In this document: one piece after another, positions 9,933-18,631 of the stretch
How the letters are laid out: each line of letters begins with the position of its first letter
Position numbering within the stretch: the stretch's first letter is position 1
Assembly (NCBI GenBank): GCA_045603405.1
Contig: JAZUMA010000025.1
Location: forward strand, 7,074-71,073
Direction of reading: 5' to 3'
Length of the DNA: 64,000 nt
DNA from: Alphaproteobacteria bacterium
Lineage (GTDB): Bacteria > Pseudomonadota > Alphaproteobacteria > RF32 > CAG-239
The notes under the pieces: model-generated
Seen by the model: the letters and a program-made list of their open reading frames with translations, nothing else
Told to the model about the DNA's origin: nothing
Databases searched by the model: none
Position numbers and translations under genes: made by a program

Positions 9933-9975
9933 AAAGAAAAACCTGAAAACCAGGTGCATATTGGCAAAGAGAGGG
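9933..9975 (-). repeat. direct repeat copy A: partial duplicate of the tRNA-Ser 3' end plus its terminator
   Basis: 43 nt, 40/43 identical to 10168-10210. Read on the minus strand: CCCTCTCTTTGCCAATATGCACCTGGTTTTCAGGTTTTTCTTT (acceptor 3' strand, GCCA, 5-bp hairpin ACCTG/CAGGT and T-run). Confidence 0.85.
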
Positions 9976-10167
9976 GCTTGCAGTGAAAAAAACGTCCGGT
10001 GAACGTTTTTTTCCGAAAGCAATAGTTGTTGTTTGTTGACGACTTGCCGGAAAAGGCAATAAGGCAACATTACAACAAACTTGTCCGAAACGTAATTAAT
10101 GAGCGCAATGAAGCGCGAATTTACGGAGTGAGTATTCGAACCCCGGATGGAGTTCGAAGCTCCCTAT

Positions 10168-10210
10168 AAAGAAAAACCTGAAAACCAGGTACATATTGGC
10201 GGAGAGAGGG
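10168..10210 (-). repeat. direct repeat copy B: genuine tRNA-Ser 3' end plus downstream terminator hairpin
   Basis: Minus-strand reading CCCTCTCTCCGCCAATATGTACCTGGTTTTCAGGTTTTTCTTT. It overlaps the last 14 nt of tRNA-Ser. The hairpin plus T-run looks like the tRNA terminator. Confidence 0.85.
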
Positions 10211-10286
10211 AGATTCGAACTCCCGGTACCCTTACGAGCACAATTGATTTCGAGTCAACCGCATTCGACCACTCTGCCATCTCTCC
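10197..10286 (-). tRNA. tRNA-Ser (anticodon CGA), CCA encoded
   Basis: Reverse complement is GGAGAGATGGCAGAGTGGTCGAATGCGGTTGACTCGAAATCAATTGTGCTCGTAAGGGTACCGGGAGTTCGAATCTCCCTCTCTCCGCCA. 7-bp acceptor stem, anticodon stem GTTGA/TCAAT with loop CTCGAAA, long variable arm (class II), and perfect T-arm GGGAG-TTCGAAT-CTCCC. Confidence 0.95.
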
Positions 10287-10296
10287 ACAAAAGCCC

Positions 10297-10325
10297 TATA
10301 TATAGTGAGCGACGCAAAAAAGCAA
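10297..10325 (-). promoter_or_regulatory. candidate sigma70-type promoter for tRNA-Ser
   Basis: On the minus strand: TTGCTT, 17-nt spacer, TATATA, about 10 nt before the tRNA 5' end. Pattern only. Confidence 0.3.
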
Positions 10326-10333
10326 GCACTTTT

Positions 10334-12046
10334 TTATTTTTCTCGCCAAGGTGTCATTTCTTGTATAACATCCATAGATGTCTTCTTTTCAATATTAGAT
10401 ATTTCTTTAGTTTCAGTTTTTTGAGCTTTTTTAAGAAGTCCGAATTCCATTTTCAACTTATTTTTTTCGCCATCATTTTGAATCATGATAAGTGAATCTT
10501 TTTGCTGTTCCTTTAGTTTTTCCTCATTATCACGCAATAATTGCAGCTGATTAGCAAGAATAGGTTGAGAAAAATCATAAACATTTTCATAAATAACATC
10601 AGAAATTCGACGTCCGTCTGTTCTTTCATAATAAATAGGTTTACCTTCATACTTCTGAGCAGGCTCTCTTCTTTTCTTTTCTTCTTGAATTGAATCATCA
10701 TGGTAAAAAATATCTTTTATATAATGATATGCAGGAGAAACAACTCGTTTTGTTTTGTTTACAAAACCTTTTGCTCTATTTTTTATTCGAGAAGTAAAAC
10801 CAATTTTATTTACATATTTTTCTAAATCATCTGCATATTTGCTTTGATATAATTTTTCTTCAGCTTTCTGTGGAGTAATATCAATTTGCACCTTATTATC
10901 AGGTGATTTATACAACATATCAATTAGATTATCACACAATTTATGATCATCCGAAACAAAAACAGCTTCACTGTAAAAATTATATATTTTATTTGCCGCT
11001 GCGTTAAGCATATTATTCCAACTTTGTTTATAAAAATAATTTTGTTCGACTGCTTTTTGCAAAGATGCCAATGCCTTTTCAGCAGATACTTTTTCTCCTT
11101 TTTTTTCAGCAAATGAGTTCAAATTTGTCAACAATATCTGATGATAAACATATCTAAATTGTTCTTTAGGACTAAGATTGGGACAAAGTTTGATATCAGG
11201 CATAACAAAAGAATTATAAGGCTTTATGTTTTTTCTAATATCATTTCTTTTTTTTCCTTCTTGCAACATTGTATTGGCTTTTTCAACTGTCGGATTAGCT
11301 TTAATATCATTGATATACTTACTAAAATCTATTCCCCCAATTGTATAAGCCATACTAAGGGCATTTTTATAGTTCTCCGAATTGGTACGCATTTCATTAT
11401 AATCATGGGTATCAAAATAGTATATTGCTTCATCTGTGAATGCAAAATCATAATTTACCATATATTCTTTCATCCACTTTTTTTCCGTTTCTTGCGCAAT
11501 AAACTTCATTTCATTTTCAAAATCTTCAGAACTGGTTGTTAGAGGATTAACTTTTCCGGATTTAATAGCATCAATATAAAAAGAAAATGCTTCGTTTTTT
11601 GTATAATTATTCAATAAACTTTTCCGTTCATTATCATTTTTAGCATCAATATAAATTTGTCTAAAATATAAAACTTCTGATAAAGTAGCAGATATTTCAT
11701 CATGAGCATGTCTTTTATAGTTTTGCTCTAAATCCATCGGCATTTTATAATAATCGCTATGATATAAAGCTTTATGCTTATTCTCATGAATCTTTGTTGT
11801 AATATATTCAGCATTTTTGTTAAATTTAACAAATTTTTCTTCAGCTGAATCATAGTGTTGTATAACAATAACATTATTCGATAAATGATAATATGCTAAA
11901 TCAGAAGATTGCGCATTATTTCCCAAACTACTGGTATCAAGTGTATCTACCTGATATTCAATTGTCGTTAAAGGAATAAAATGTTCTTCATTTTGTTGTT
12001 TTAGATCATTCTTTGTTTTTTTTCTATTTTTTACATCTTTTGCCAT
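10334..12046 (-). CDS. hypothetical protein (Lys/Asn-rich orphan, 570 aa)
   Basis: Long uninterrupted ORF 18 nt downstream of the TIM-barrel gene on the same strand. No signal peptide or TM segment. I recognise no family; it only contains the short motifs IHENKHKALYH and HAHDE. Confidence 0.6.
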   Translation of the reverse strand: MAKDVKNRKKTKNDLKQQNEEHFIPLTTIEYQVDTLDTSSLGNNAQSSDLAYYHLSNNVIVIQHYDSAEEKFVKFNKNAEYITTKIHENKHKALYHSDYYKMPMDLEQNYKRHAHDEISATLSEVLYFRQIYIDAKNDNERKSLLNNYTKNEAFSFYIDAIKSGKVNPLTTSSEDFENEMKFIAQETEKKWMKEYMVNYDFAFTDEAIYYFDTHDYNEMRTNSENYKNALSMAYTIGGIDFSKYINDIKANPTVEKANTMLQEGKKRNDIRKNIKPYNSFVMPDIKLCPNLSPKEQFRYVYHQILLTNLNSFAEKKGEKVSAEKALASLQKAVEQNYFYKQSWNNMLNAAANKIYNFYSEAVFVSDDHKLCDNLIDMLYKSPDNKVQIDITPQKAEEKLYQSKYADDLEKYVNKIGFTSRIKNRAKGFVNKTKRVVSPAYHYIKDIFYHDDSIQEEKKRREPAQKYEGKPIYYERTDGRRISDVIYENVYDFSQPILANQLQLLRDNEEKLKEQQKDSLIMIQNDGEKNKLKMEFGLLKKAQKTETKEISNIEKKTSMDVIQEMTPWREK

Positions 12047-12064
12047 TTCTTTCTCGCAAACAAA

Positions 12065-12850
12065 TTATTTACAAATTTCTTTAATAAAAGTTAAATCATC
12101 CAGCCACGGTTGAACAGAAGAGGGGACACCATGTCCTGTTTCCATAGTAATCATAGCATCATCAGAAGTAAACTCTAACACAAGGCGTCGTAAATCGTAA
12201 TTACCATCACCATAATGCAAATGGGCATCAAATATAGAGAAACTGTCACCATCACATAAATGATACATACATGGTTTAAGCTTAGAAAATTCAGCCAAAT
12301 ATTCATAAATATCACGTTTATAATGATTTGCACCGCAAATAGCATGTGAGAAATCAAGACAAAATTTACACGGTACCTCATTAATAAATTGTTTAATTTC
12401 TTGCGGTGTAACACCTTCCAAATTATTATGTGTAGAAGAGCAGGTATATGGCAAATTTTCAACAGCCAATCTCGGTTCATTAAAGGCTTTAAATTGCCTC
12501 AAATTTTCTTCTAACCCGCCATTTTTCTGCCGATATCCGGGATGAAGAATAATAATATTAGCATCTAATAAATCAGCAAAACGCTGTGAATCATATAATT
12601 TTTGCTGGTTACTTTTAAACAGATTTTCATCAGATAAATTAAGACTTTGCCGAGAATGCGGCGCATGAACAACTGTTTTAAAACCTTTGAATATTTTTAC
12701 TGATTGTTGCACCAAATCAAATGTATCCGGTAACGCAAACAACTCCAAATAACCAAATTTCCCATCTTTTAATGCTTTTTCAACAGACTTTACAAATTCA
12801 AGATTCTTTATAAAGTCCATCGACCAAACTTTAACCCCGAATTCACGCAT
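12065..12850 (-). CDS. xylose-isomerase-like TIM-barrel protein (sugar phosphate isomerase/epimerase, AP-endonuclease-2 superfamily)
   Basis: 261 aa. Metal-ligand-type motifs spaced as in this fold: VVHAPH, IIILHPGY, LAVENLPY, FCLDFSHA, HLCDGD, DAHLHYGDG. Confidence 0.7.
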   Translation of the reverse strand: MREFGVKVWSMDFIKNLEFVKSVEKALKDGKFGYLELFALPDTFDLVQQSVKIFKGFKTVVHAPHSRQSLNLSDENLFKSNQQKLYDSQRFADLLDANIIILHPGYRQKNGGLEENLRQFKAFNEPRLAVENLPYTCSSTHNNLEGVTPQEIKQFINEVPCKFCLDFSHAICGANHYKRDIYEYLAEFSKLKPCMYHLCDGDSFSIFDAHLHYGDGNYDLRRLVLEFTSDDAMITMETGHGVPSSVQPWLDDLTFIKEICK

Positions 12851-13096
12851 TTAAACTTTCCTCCGAAAACTAAAATTATTCTAATTTTAACACCTTTATA
12901 ACTAAAAATAAATTAATAAAATTTAAAAAATATCCCATCTCAATTAAACAAAATCTTTATCTCAGAAAATATTTTCTAATTATACTGCAAAATGTTCTTT
13001 AATTGTACATAAAAAGGGGGAAAATAAAAATATATACACCTTGTCGCATAATGTATATTATGTTGACTAATATGGTAGAATAAAATAGGTAAGTTC

Positions 13097-13738
13097 TTAT
13101 GCTGACTTTAAGTATTCTTTAGGCTTAAGCCCCCAAGATTTAACAGTCCAGTACCTATCACCATCATTTTTTTCTAAAATACAAATACCGCCGGTACCAA
13201 CTTTAATATCAAATTCTTCAGCAAACTTCTTAAAATTACCGGTAAGATAAGGAGCAAAACGAATAATACCATTTGAACTGACGACCATAACAGTTTTATT
13301 TCTATAGTTATTTTCGACATCGTTTGCAAAATCTTGCCATGCTTTAATAATTGCATCAACATTAACATTCCATCCATCAGGTACTATAGCTTGGCTATTC
13401 CAATCATCAATTGCTTTTTGCCCGATTCTTGCTATCACTTCTTCCTCAGTCTTTGCTTCATCAGGACCATAATCTATTTCTATAAAACGATTATCCTCAA
13501 TTAGAGGAATATCTTTATCAAGCGCTGCAATAGCCAATCGAGCAGTTTCCATAGTTCGATGCAATGGAGCTGCAAAAACAGCTGCAGGATAAAACACTTT
13601 CATCTTCAAATATTTACCAATATTTGTGCCACGTTCTGTCTCAACCAACGGTAAATCCGTCCTAGCCCCAACGCGTAAAGGTGTTTGTTCTTTAGTAAAT
13701 GTATTTCCATGTCGTGCTATTATTATTCTTGTTGTCAT
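13097..13738 (-). CDS. histidine phosphatase (phosphoglycerate-mutase-like) family protein
   Basis: Catalytic RHG motif right at the N-terminus (MTTRIIIARHGNT). The internal ATG at 13738 is preceded by GGAG and lies 10 nt after the kdsB stop. The longer track ORF (to 13810) would overlap kdsB. Confidence 0.8.
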   Translation of the reverse strand: MTTRIIIARHGNTFTKEQTPLRVGARTDLPLVETERGTNIGKYLKMKVFYPAAVFAAPLHRTMETARLAIAALDKDIPLIEDNRFIEIDYGPDEAKTEEEVIARIGQKAIDDWNSQAIVPDGWNVNVDAIIKAWQDFANDVENNYRNKTVMVVSSNGIIRFAPYLTGNFKKFAEEFDIKVGTGGICILEKNDGDRYWTVKSWGLKPKEYLKSA

Positions 13739-13748
13739 CACTATCTCC

Positions 13749-14555
13749 CTAAAACTCACCATATTTCTTAAATAATTCCTCGGCGCGTAACACATCTTCC
13801 GGAGAATCAACGCCGCTCATTCCTTCAAATGCGCCATAATCAACTCTTGCTATTTTAATTTTCATACCATTTTCTAAAAAGCGTAATTGTTCTAAACCTT
13901 CAAGCTTTTCATAATAACTTTCTTCTAACTCTTTGAATTTAAATAAAGCTTCGTATTTATATCCATACAGCCCGATATGCCGCAAAACCGGACTCTTCCC
14001 CCCTTTTTCACGCAAGCTGTCTTCTTTACGAATAGCCGGAATAACGTTTTTAGAAAACCACAAGGCATAGCCATTTTTATCCGCTATACATGTCGTGCCG
14101 GAAAATGGCGTTGTTTTTTTACTTTCTCTTAGTTTATCCAAAGCTTCCCAAGAAAGTTCTGTAACAGGTGTAACCATATCTACACTGTCGTCACTTTCAA
14201 AAGCTTTTATTAATTCTTCAATAAACCACGGCGGACATACCGGATTATCTCCTTGCAAATTAATAATGAGGTCTGGTTTTACACCTAGTGATTTTACAGC
14301 CTCACAAACCCTATCAGACCCTGTTTTACAAGCATCAGATGTCATTAAACACTCAACATCATGTTCTTGGCAAAACTTTAAGATTCTCTCATCTTCAGTA
14401 GCAACAACTATCCGAGCATCCACATTTTTTGTACCTTTTTTAGCAATATCAACAACTCGTAATAACATTTCTTTACCGGCAATCTTCGCCAAAGGTTTTC
14501 CAGGAAAACGTGTTGATCCGTAACGAGCAGGAATGACCACTAAAGTTTTAACCAT
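13749..14555 (-). CDS. kdsB: 3-deoxy-manno-octulosonate cytidylyltransferase (CMP-Kdo synthetase)
   Basis: 268 aa. VVIPARYGSTRFPGKPLAKIAGKEML...NLQGDNP...GLYGY are classic KdsB motifs. Confidence 0.9.
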   Translation of the reverse strand: MVKTLVVIPARYGSTRFPGKPLAKIAGKEMLLRVVDIAKKGTKNVDARIVVATEDERILKFCQEHDVECLMTSDACKTGSDRVCEAVKSLGVKPDLIINLQGDNPVCPPWFIEELIKAFESDDSVDMVTPVTELSWEALDKLRESKKTTPFSGTTCIADKNGYALWFSKNVIPAIRKEDSLREKGGKSPVLRHIGLYGYKYEALFKFKELEESYYEKLEGLEQLRFLENGMKIKIARVDYGAFEGMSGVDSPEDVLRAEELFKKYGEF

Positions 14556-14668
14556 TATTTTTCTCCATGAATATATATTTAATAGCAGGATTCTGCCGTT
14601 TTTTTCCTAACTGTTCAAGCGAAAGCCAAAACTTTTGCACAATCGTCTACACAGAATTATCATTAAAA

Positions 14669-15919
14669 TTAGTTATAAAAACGAACAGATAGATAAATTT
14701 TTTCATCATCGTCTCTACGCTCTAAAACCTCAGCAGTACGATAGATTTCTGCTAGTTTTTTTCCGTCTTGAACAGATAAAGATATTTTTTTTATCTCACT
14801 TTGCTTTATAAAAAATTGATTAAGTTTATTTAACAAAACATCTATTCCCTGACCTGTTAAAGCTGATACGACATACCCTTCTCCAAATAAAGATTTAATA
14901 GTGGTTTTGGTGTCCAATAAATCTACTTTATTATATACTTCCATATAATTTTTTGCATATTCAATTTTATCCAACCCCAATTCGTGTAAAACAAGAAGTA
15001 CATTTTCTCTTTGTTCTTTATATTGAGGATTTGCTGCATCAATTACATGTAAAATAATATCTGCTTCCAAAACTTCTTCCAAAGTTGCCCGAAAAGCCAT
15101 CACCAGTTCATGTGGTAAATGCGAAATAAAACCGACCGTATCAGAAAAAATAACTTCTTTACCGCAATCTAAAACAACTTTACGCATTGTTGGATCAAGT
15201 GTAGCAAAAAGCATATCTTTAGCAAATACATCAGCATGTGTAATTGCATTAAACAATGTTGATTTACCGGCATTCGTATACCCGACAAGCGCTACAATCG
15301 GATAAGGGACTTTTACCCGTGCAGAACGTTGAATAGCTCTTGTTTTTCGCACTCTTTCCAATTCTTTCTTAATTCGCATAATACGTTCATCAAGATGTCT
15401 TCTATCCAATTCTATTTGCGTCTCTCCTGGACCACCCAAAAAGCCACCTCCACTACGTTGACGTTCCAAATGCGTCCAACTTCTGACCAATCGTCCGCGC
15501 TGATAAGTCAGATGAGCCAATTCAACTTGTAGTTTTCCTTCTTTTGTTTGTGCTCGTTGACCGAAAATTTCTAAGATAACTCCTGTTCGATCAATAACTT
15601 TAATTTTCAAAAGTTTTTCTAGATTTCTTTGTTGCACGGGAGATAATGTACCATCAAAAAACAATAACTCAATATTATCTTCTAAACATCGTACCTTAAG
15701 TTGCTCAATAACCCCTTTTCCTAAAAAAGTTCCGGCAATCGGTTGAGAAAATTTTACAATTTCTCCCCATACAACAATTTGTCCCATAGCAAACACTAAG
15801 TCTTTAGCCTCATTCAAACGATTTAATAAATCATTTTCAGATAACAAAACGACTTCAGCTTTTGCTACAGGACAAATAACAGCTGTCTTTGTCTTCCTGT
15901 CTTTTTCAATAACCAGCAA
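14669..15919 (-). CDS. hflX: GTPase HflX
   Basis: 416 aa. HflX N-domain (QVELAHLTYQRGRL...GGPGETQIELDRR) and G-domain (VGYTNAGKSTLFNAIT, SDTVGF, NKVD). Starts 2 nt after hfq. Confidence 0.95.
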   Translation of the reverse strand: MLVIEKDRKTKTAVICPVAKAEVVLLSENDLLNRLNEAKDLVFAMGQIVVWGEIVKFSQPIAGTFLGKGVIEQLKVRCLEDNIELLFFDGTLSPVQQRNLEKLLKIKVIDRTGVILEIFGQRAQTKEGKLQVELAHLTYQRGRLVRSWTHLERQRSGGGFLGGPGETQIELDRRHLDERIMRIKKELERVRKTRAIQRSARVKVPYPIVALVGYTNAGKSTLFNAITHADVFAKDMLFATLDPTMRKVVLDCGKEVIFSDTVGFISHLPHELVMAFRATLEEVLEADIILHVIDAANPQYKEQRENVLLVLHELGLDKIEYAKNYMEVYNKVDLLDTKTTIKSLFGEGYVVSALTGQGIDVLLNKLNQFFIKQSEIKKISLSVQDGKKLAEIYRTAEVLERRDDDEKIYLSVRFYN

Positions 15920-15921
15920 AA

Positions 15922-16140
15922 TTATTCTTCGACAACATCAATCGGAGTAGCCGGCATAATTGTTGAAACAGCATGCGTATAAACAAGTTGGGTATGTCCA
16001 TCTCGTCTAAGCAATAAAGATGCTTCATCAAACCAAGTAATAACCCCCTGCAGTTTAACACCATTAATTAAAAAAACGGTTACAGAAACTTTTTTTTCTT
16101 TAATATCATTTAAAAAATCAATTTGTGCATTTGTAGTCAT
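15922..16140 (-). CDS. hfq: RNA chaperone Hfq
   Basis: 72 aa. Sm1/Sm2 motifs [44 protein letters not shown]. Confidence 0.95.
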   Translation of the reverse strand: MTTNAQIDFLNDIKEKKVSVTVFLINGVKLQGVITWFDEASLLLRRDGHTQLVYTHAVSTIMPATPIDVVEE

Positions 16141-16282
16141 TTTTCATTTCCTTATTATATTTATACTATTTTATGCCGTATGAGCTTTCTCCTTTAAACA
16201 GGTCTCCCCTCACCCGCACAGAATACATATAATCACAATTTAGTTAAAATAATCTAAATACGATAACTGATATTTTGTTTTT

Positions 16283-16311
16283 TAAAAAAAAGCTCCGACA
16301 AAAGCCGGAGT
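16283..16311 (-). terminator. rho-independent terminator after lysS
   Basis: Minus strand: CTCCG-GCTTTTGT-CGGAG followed by CTTTTTTTT. Confidence 0.5.
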
Positions 16312-16338
16312 TTATAAAAAAGACGAAAATAAAACCGA

Positions 16339-17814
16339 TTATTTGTTTGTTTTCTTCAAGGTTGGAAACAGGATCACATCTCGCAACGTTGCCGCACCGG
16401 TCAATAACTTTGCTAATCGATCCATCCCCATTCCCATGCCGGTTGTCGGCACAAATCCGTAAGATAAAGCATCAATAAAACTCTCATCTAACATCTGTGC
16501 TTCATCATCACCGTTTTCACGCTCATTCATTTGACTCTTAAAACGTTCCAACTGTTCTAACGGGTTAGAAAGTTCAGAATAAGCACACCCTAATTCCATT
16601 CCTAAAAGATATGTATCAAAGTGTTCCACTAAACGTGGATTATCTCGATGTGTTTTTGCTAAAGGTGAAATATCTTTAGGCATATCAGATACATGTATTG
16701 GTTCAATCAATGTCTGTTCAACTTTTTCATCAAAGACTTCCTGTACAACTTTTCCCCAATTAGAACAATGCTCTGCATCAACACCTATTGATTTTGCCAG
16801 AGCTCGAGCTTCTTCAACTGTATCAACGGATAGGAAATCAACACCTGTTTCTCTTTTAATTAAATCAATAATAGAAACTTTGGGAAAAGGTTTTGAAAAA
16901 TCAATTTCATGTCCATCAAGTACAATCTTATCTGTTCCGAAAACTTTATTAACCACAAAACGCACCAACCGAGACATTAAATCAGCCATATCATTGTAGT
17001 CACCATAAGCCATATACGCCTCTAAAGCCGTAAATTCAGGTACATGATTTTTATCTAATCCTTCATTACGATAATTTTTACCTATTTCAAAAACACGATC
17101 GATTCCTCCGACTACTAATTTTTTCAAATACAACTCCGGAGCAACACGCAAATAAAAATCATTATCTAAAGCGTTGTAATGTGTAATAAAAGGTTTAGCG
17201 TTAGCCCCACCCATAATCGGATGAAAAGTTGGAGTTTCCACTTCCAAAAATTCTTCTTGATTAAAGAATTCACGAACTGCTGAAACAATCTTACATCTGG
17301 TCAATAAAACTTCTTTTGCTTCATCATTAATAATTAAATCCACATAACGTTTGCGATAACGAGTTTCTACATCTGTTAAACCATGAAATTTTTCAGGAAG
17401 CGGCTCCAAAGATTTAGCAATAATATCAAATTTTTCCGCAGCTACAGAAAGTTCTCCGCGCGGTGTCCGGCGAATAAACCCAGTCACACCGACAATATCT
17501 CCAACATCAAGACATTTTAATAATTTAAGATTTTCCTCATCCAAATGACATTTATGACAGAAAAGCTGGATACGTCCTGTTTTATCTTTCATATCAATAA
17601 ACATACCGTCATTTCTGACAGCCATAGCCCGACCTGCAACCGTAACCCTGTCTTCTGTATTTTCACCGTTTGCCAGGTCTTTGTATTTATCTTGCAATGG
17701 CTGAGCATAACTATCAGGTCTGAAACGATAAGGATAAGGATTATATCCCATCTCTTCTAACTTTGCGAGCTTATTTAAGCGGCTCTGACGCTGTTCACTT
17801 ATTTCTTCTGTCAT
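16339..17814 (-). CDS. lysS: lysine--tRNA ligase, class II
   Basis: 491 aa. OB-fold N-domain (RVTVAGRAMAVRNDGMFIDMKDKTGRIQLF) and class II motifs (FLEVETPTFHPI; RVFEIGKNYRNEG; GMGMGMDRL). Confidence 0.97.
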   Translation of the reverse strand: MTEEISEQRQSRLNKLAKLEEMGYNPYPYRFRPDSYAQPLQDKYKDLANGENTEDRVTVAGRAMAVRNDGMFIDMKDKTGRIQLFCHKCHLDEENLKLLKCLDVGDIVGVTGFIRRTPRGELSVAAEKFDIIAKSLEPLPEKFHGLTDVETRYRKRYVDLIINDEAKEVLLTRCKIVSAVREFFNQEEFLEVETPTFHPIMGGANAKPFITHYNALDNDFYLRVAPELYLKKLVVGGIDRVFEIGKNYRNEGLDKNHVPEFTALEAYMAYGDYNDMADLMSRLVRFVVNKVFGTDKIVLDGHEIDFSKPFPKVSIIDLIKRETGVDFLSVDTVEEARALAKSIGVDAEHCSNWGKVVQEVFDEKVEQTLIEPIHVSDMPKDISPLAKTHRDNPRLVEHFDTYLLGMELGCAYSELSNPLEQLERFKSQMNERENGDDEAQMLDESFIDALSYGFVPTTGMGMGMDRLAKLLTGAATLRDVILFPTLKKTNK

Positions 17815-17898
17815 AGTGCATTCCTAGTTTAATACAATTAACCTGCCGCCTTTTATATCATATCAAACAAAATTTGCAAGTAATAAATCAGATTTTAT

Positions 17899-18537
17899 TT
17901 ATCTGAACTTCCATACAACAGTACATGTGTTATCATCACATTTACACGCATTATCAATTTTATCGGCTCTGGCAAATCGAACATCTGTACCTTTAAATAT
18001 GTTCTGTTTCTTTATATCCTCTTGTTTCTTATCATATAAAATTTCATCTAATACCCCACTTGGAGTAGGATTGGGATAACCGGCAACTGCAATAAAATCA
18101 GCTCCTGTTCCCTCATCCCAATTTATACGCATTAATTCTCTGCACCCCATCGGACTTAAACCTTGAAAAGCTATTTCAAAAGCTTTGCAATCGTCTACTT
18201 CATACAAAGAAGAATAAAAAACATCTATTCCGCCAATATACGAATTGACGGCATCCTTAATACCAGGCTTAAACATTTTTGGTGGAAAAATATGTAAAGA
18301 AACAGCTGTCTTATAGTCAAAATCTTTATAACTACGCGCAGAAGAATAAGCCTGTTGAATCTTAATCACCAACTCTCCTACTTCTTCAATACAAGCATTG
18401 ATTTTCATCTTTTCAATAGAAGTCTTATAACTCCTCAGCCCCAAATACGCAAGCAAAATAAAAGCGACAAAAGCAGCTATTTTATAAATCAATTTAATCT
18501 GTGGTGTTTTCTTTACCATTATCCCAACCCAAAACAA
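17899..18537 (-). CDS. membrane-anchored hypothetical protein with type IVb-pilin-like layout
   Basis: 212-aa ORF (alternative start M7). Single N-terminal hydrophobic helix (IAAFVAFILLAYLGL), then a globular part with NSYIGGIDVF and a C-terminal Cys cluster (NACKCDDNTCTV). No G/FTLIE prepilin cleavage motif. Confidence 0.45.
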   Translation of the reverse strand: MFWVGIMVKKTPQIKLIYKIAAFVAFILLAYLGLRSYKTSIEKMKINACIEEVGELVIKIQQAYSSARSYKDFDYKTAVSLHIFPPKMFKPGIKDAVNSYIGGIDVFYSSLYEVDDCKAFEIAFQGLSPMGCRELMRINWDEGTGADFIAVAGYPNPTPSGVLDEILYDKKQEDIKKQNIFKGTDVRFARADKIDNACKCDDNTCTVVWKFR

Positions 18538-18631
18538 TACATAGTCATGGTATATCTTTGATATTTGTAAACTTCAATATTTAGCTGGCTATTATACCCA
18601 AAATTTTACCTTATGTAGCAAAAAATAAGAT

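Noticed and set aside
10033-10080. SRP (4.5S) RNA-like hairpin with a GGAA-containing loop (tgcc-ggaaaa-ggca inside gtttgttg...caacaaac)
   Set aside because: The loop is 6 nt, not a closed GGAA tetraloop, and the conserved domain IV symmetric and asymmetric loop sequences (AGCA / GGUCC-type) are missing.
9962-10166. Possible tmRNA (ssrA), including the permuted two-piece alphaproteobacterial form. The block has a GCCA 3' end, TTCGAA T-loop-like strings and a possible G3-U70 pair (AGGGAG with CTCTTT).
   Set aside because: There is no intact T-arm before the 3' acceptor strand, and the discriminator is G, not A. In either strand I found no tag reading frame ending in a hydrophobic Ala-rich tail plus stop. 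A permuted gene would need an internal ...ACCA after a T-arm, and that is absent.
10196-10495. Track ORF of 99 aa on the plus strand
   Set aside because: It runs antisense through tRNA-Ser and into the 3' end of the 570-aa gene, which makes it an artefact.
11770-11800. HExxH (IHENKH) in the 570-aa orphan as evidence for a zinc metalloprotease
   Set aside because: A five-residue pattern is expected by chance in a 570-aa His/Lys/Glu-rich protein. The spacing to the next His does not fit metzincin or gluzincin signatures. It is mentioned only as a lead.
13739-13810. N-terminal extensions of track ORFs: 13739-13810, 29642-29794, 48387-48437, 56008-56052 and 32886-32936
   Set aside because: For four of the five, an internal start codon has a good RBS, gives the family-typical N-terminus and removes overlap with neighbouring genes. 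The hydE case (32886-32936) rests only on the family-typical N-terminus, because neither of its candidate starts has an RBS.
14095-14523. Antisense ORFs within housekeeping genes. Examples are 14095-14523 in kdsB, 31984-32346 in hydE, 49571-49936 and 50026-50376 in ftsE, 56631-56906 in rpoD and 47725-47973 in aqpZ.
   Set aside because: Each is fully overlapped by a confidently identified gene on the other strand, and none contains a motif I recognise.
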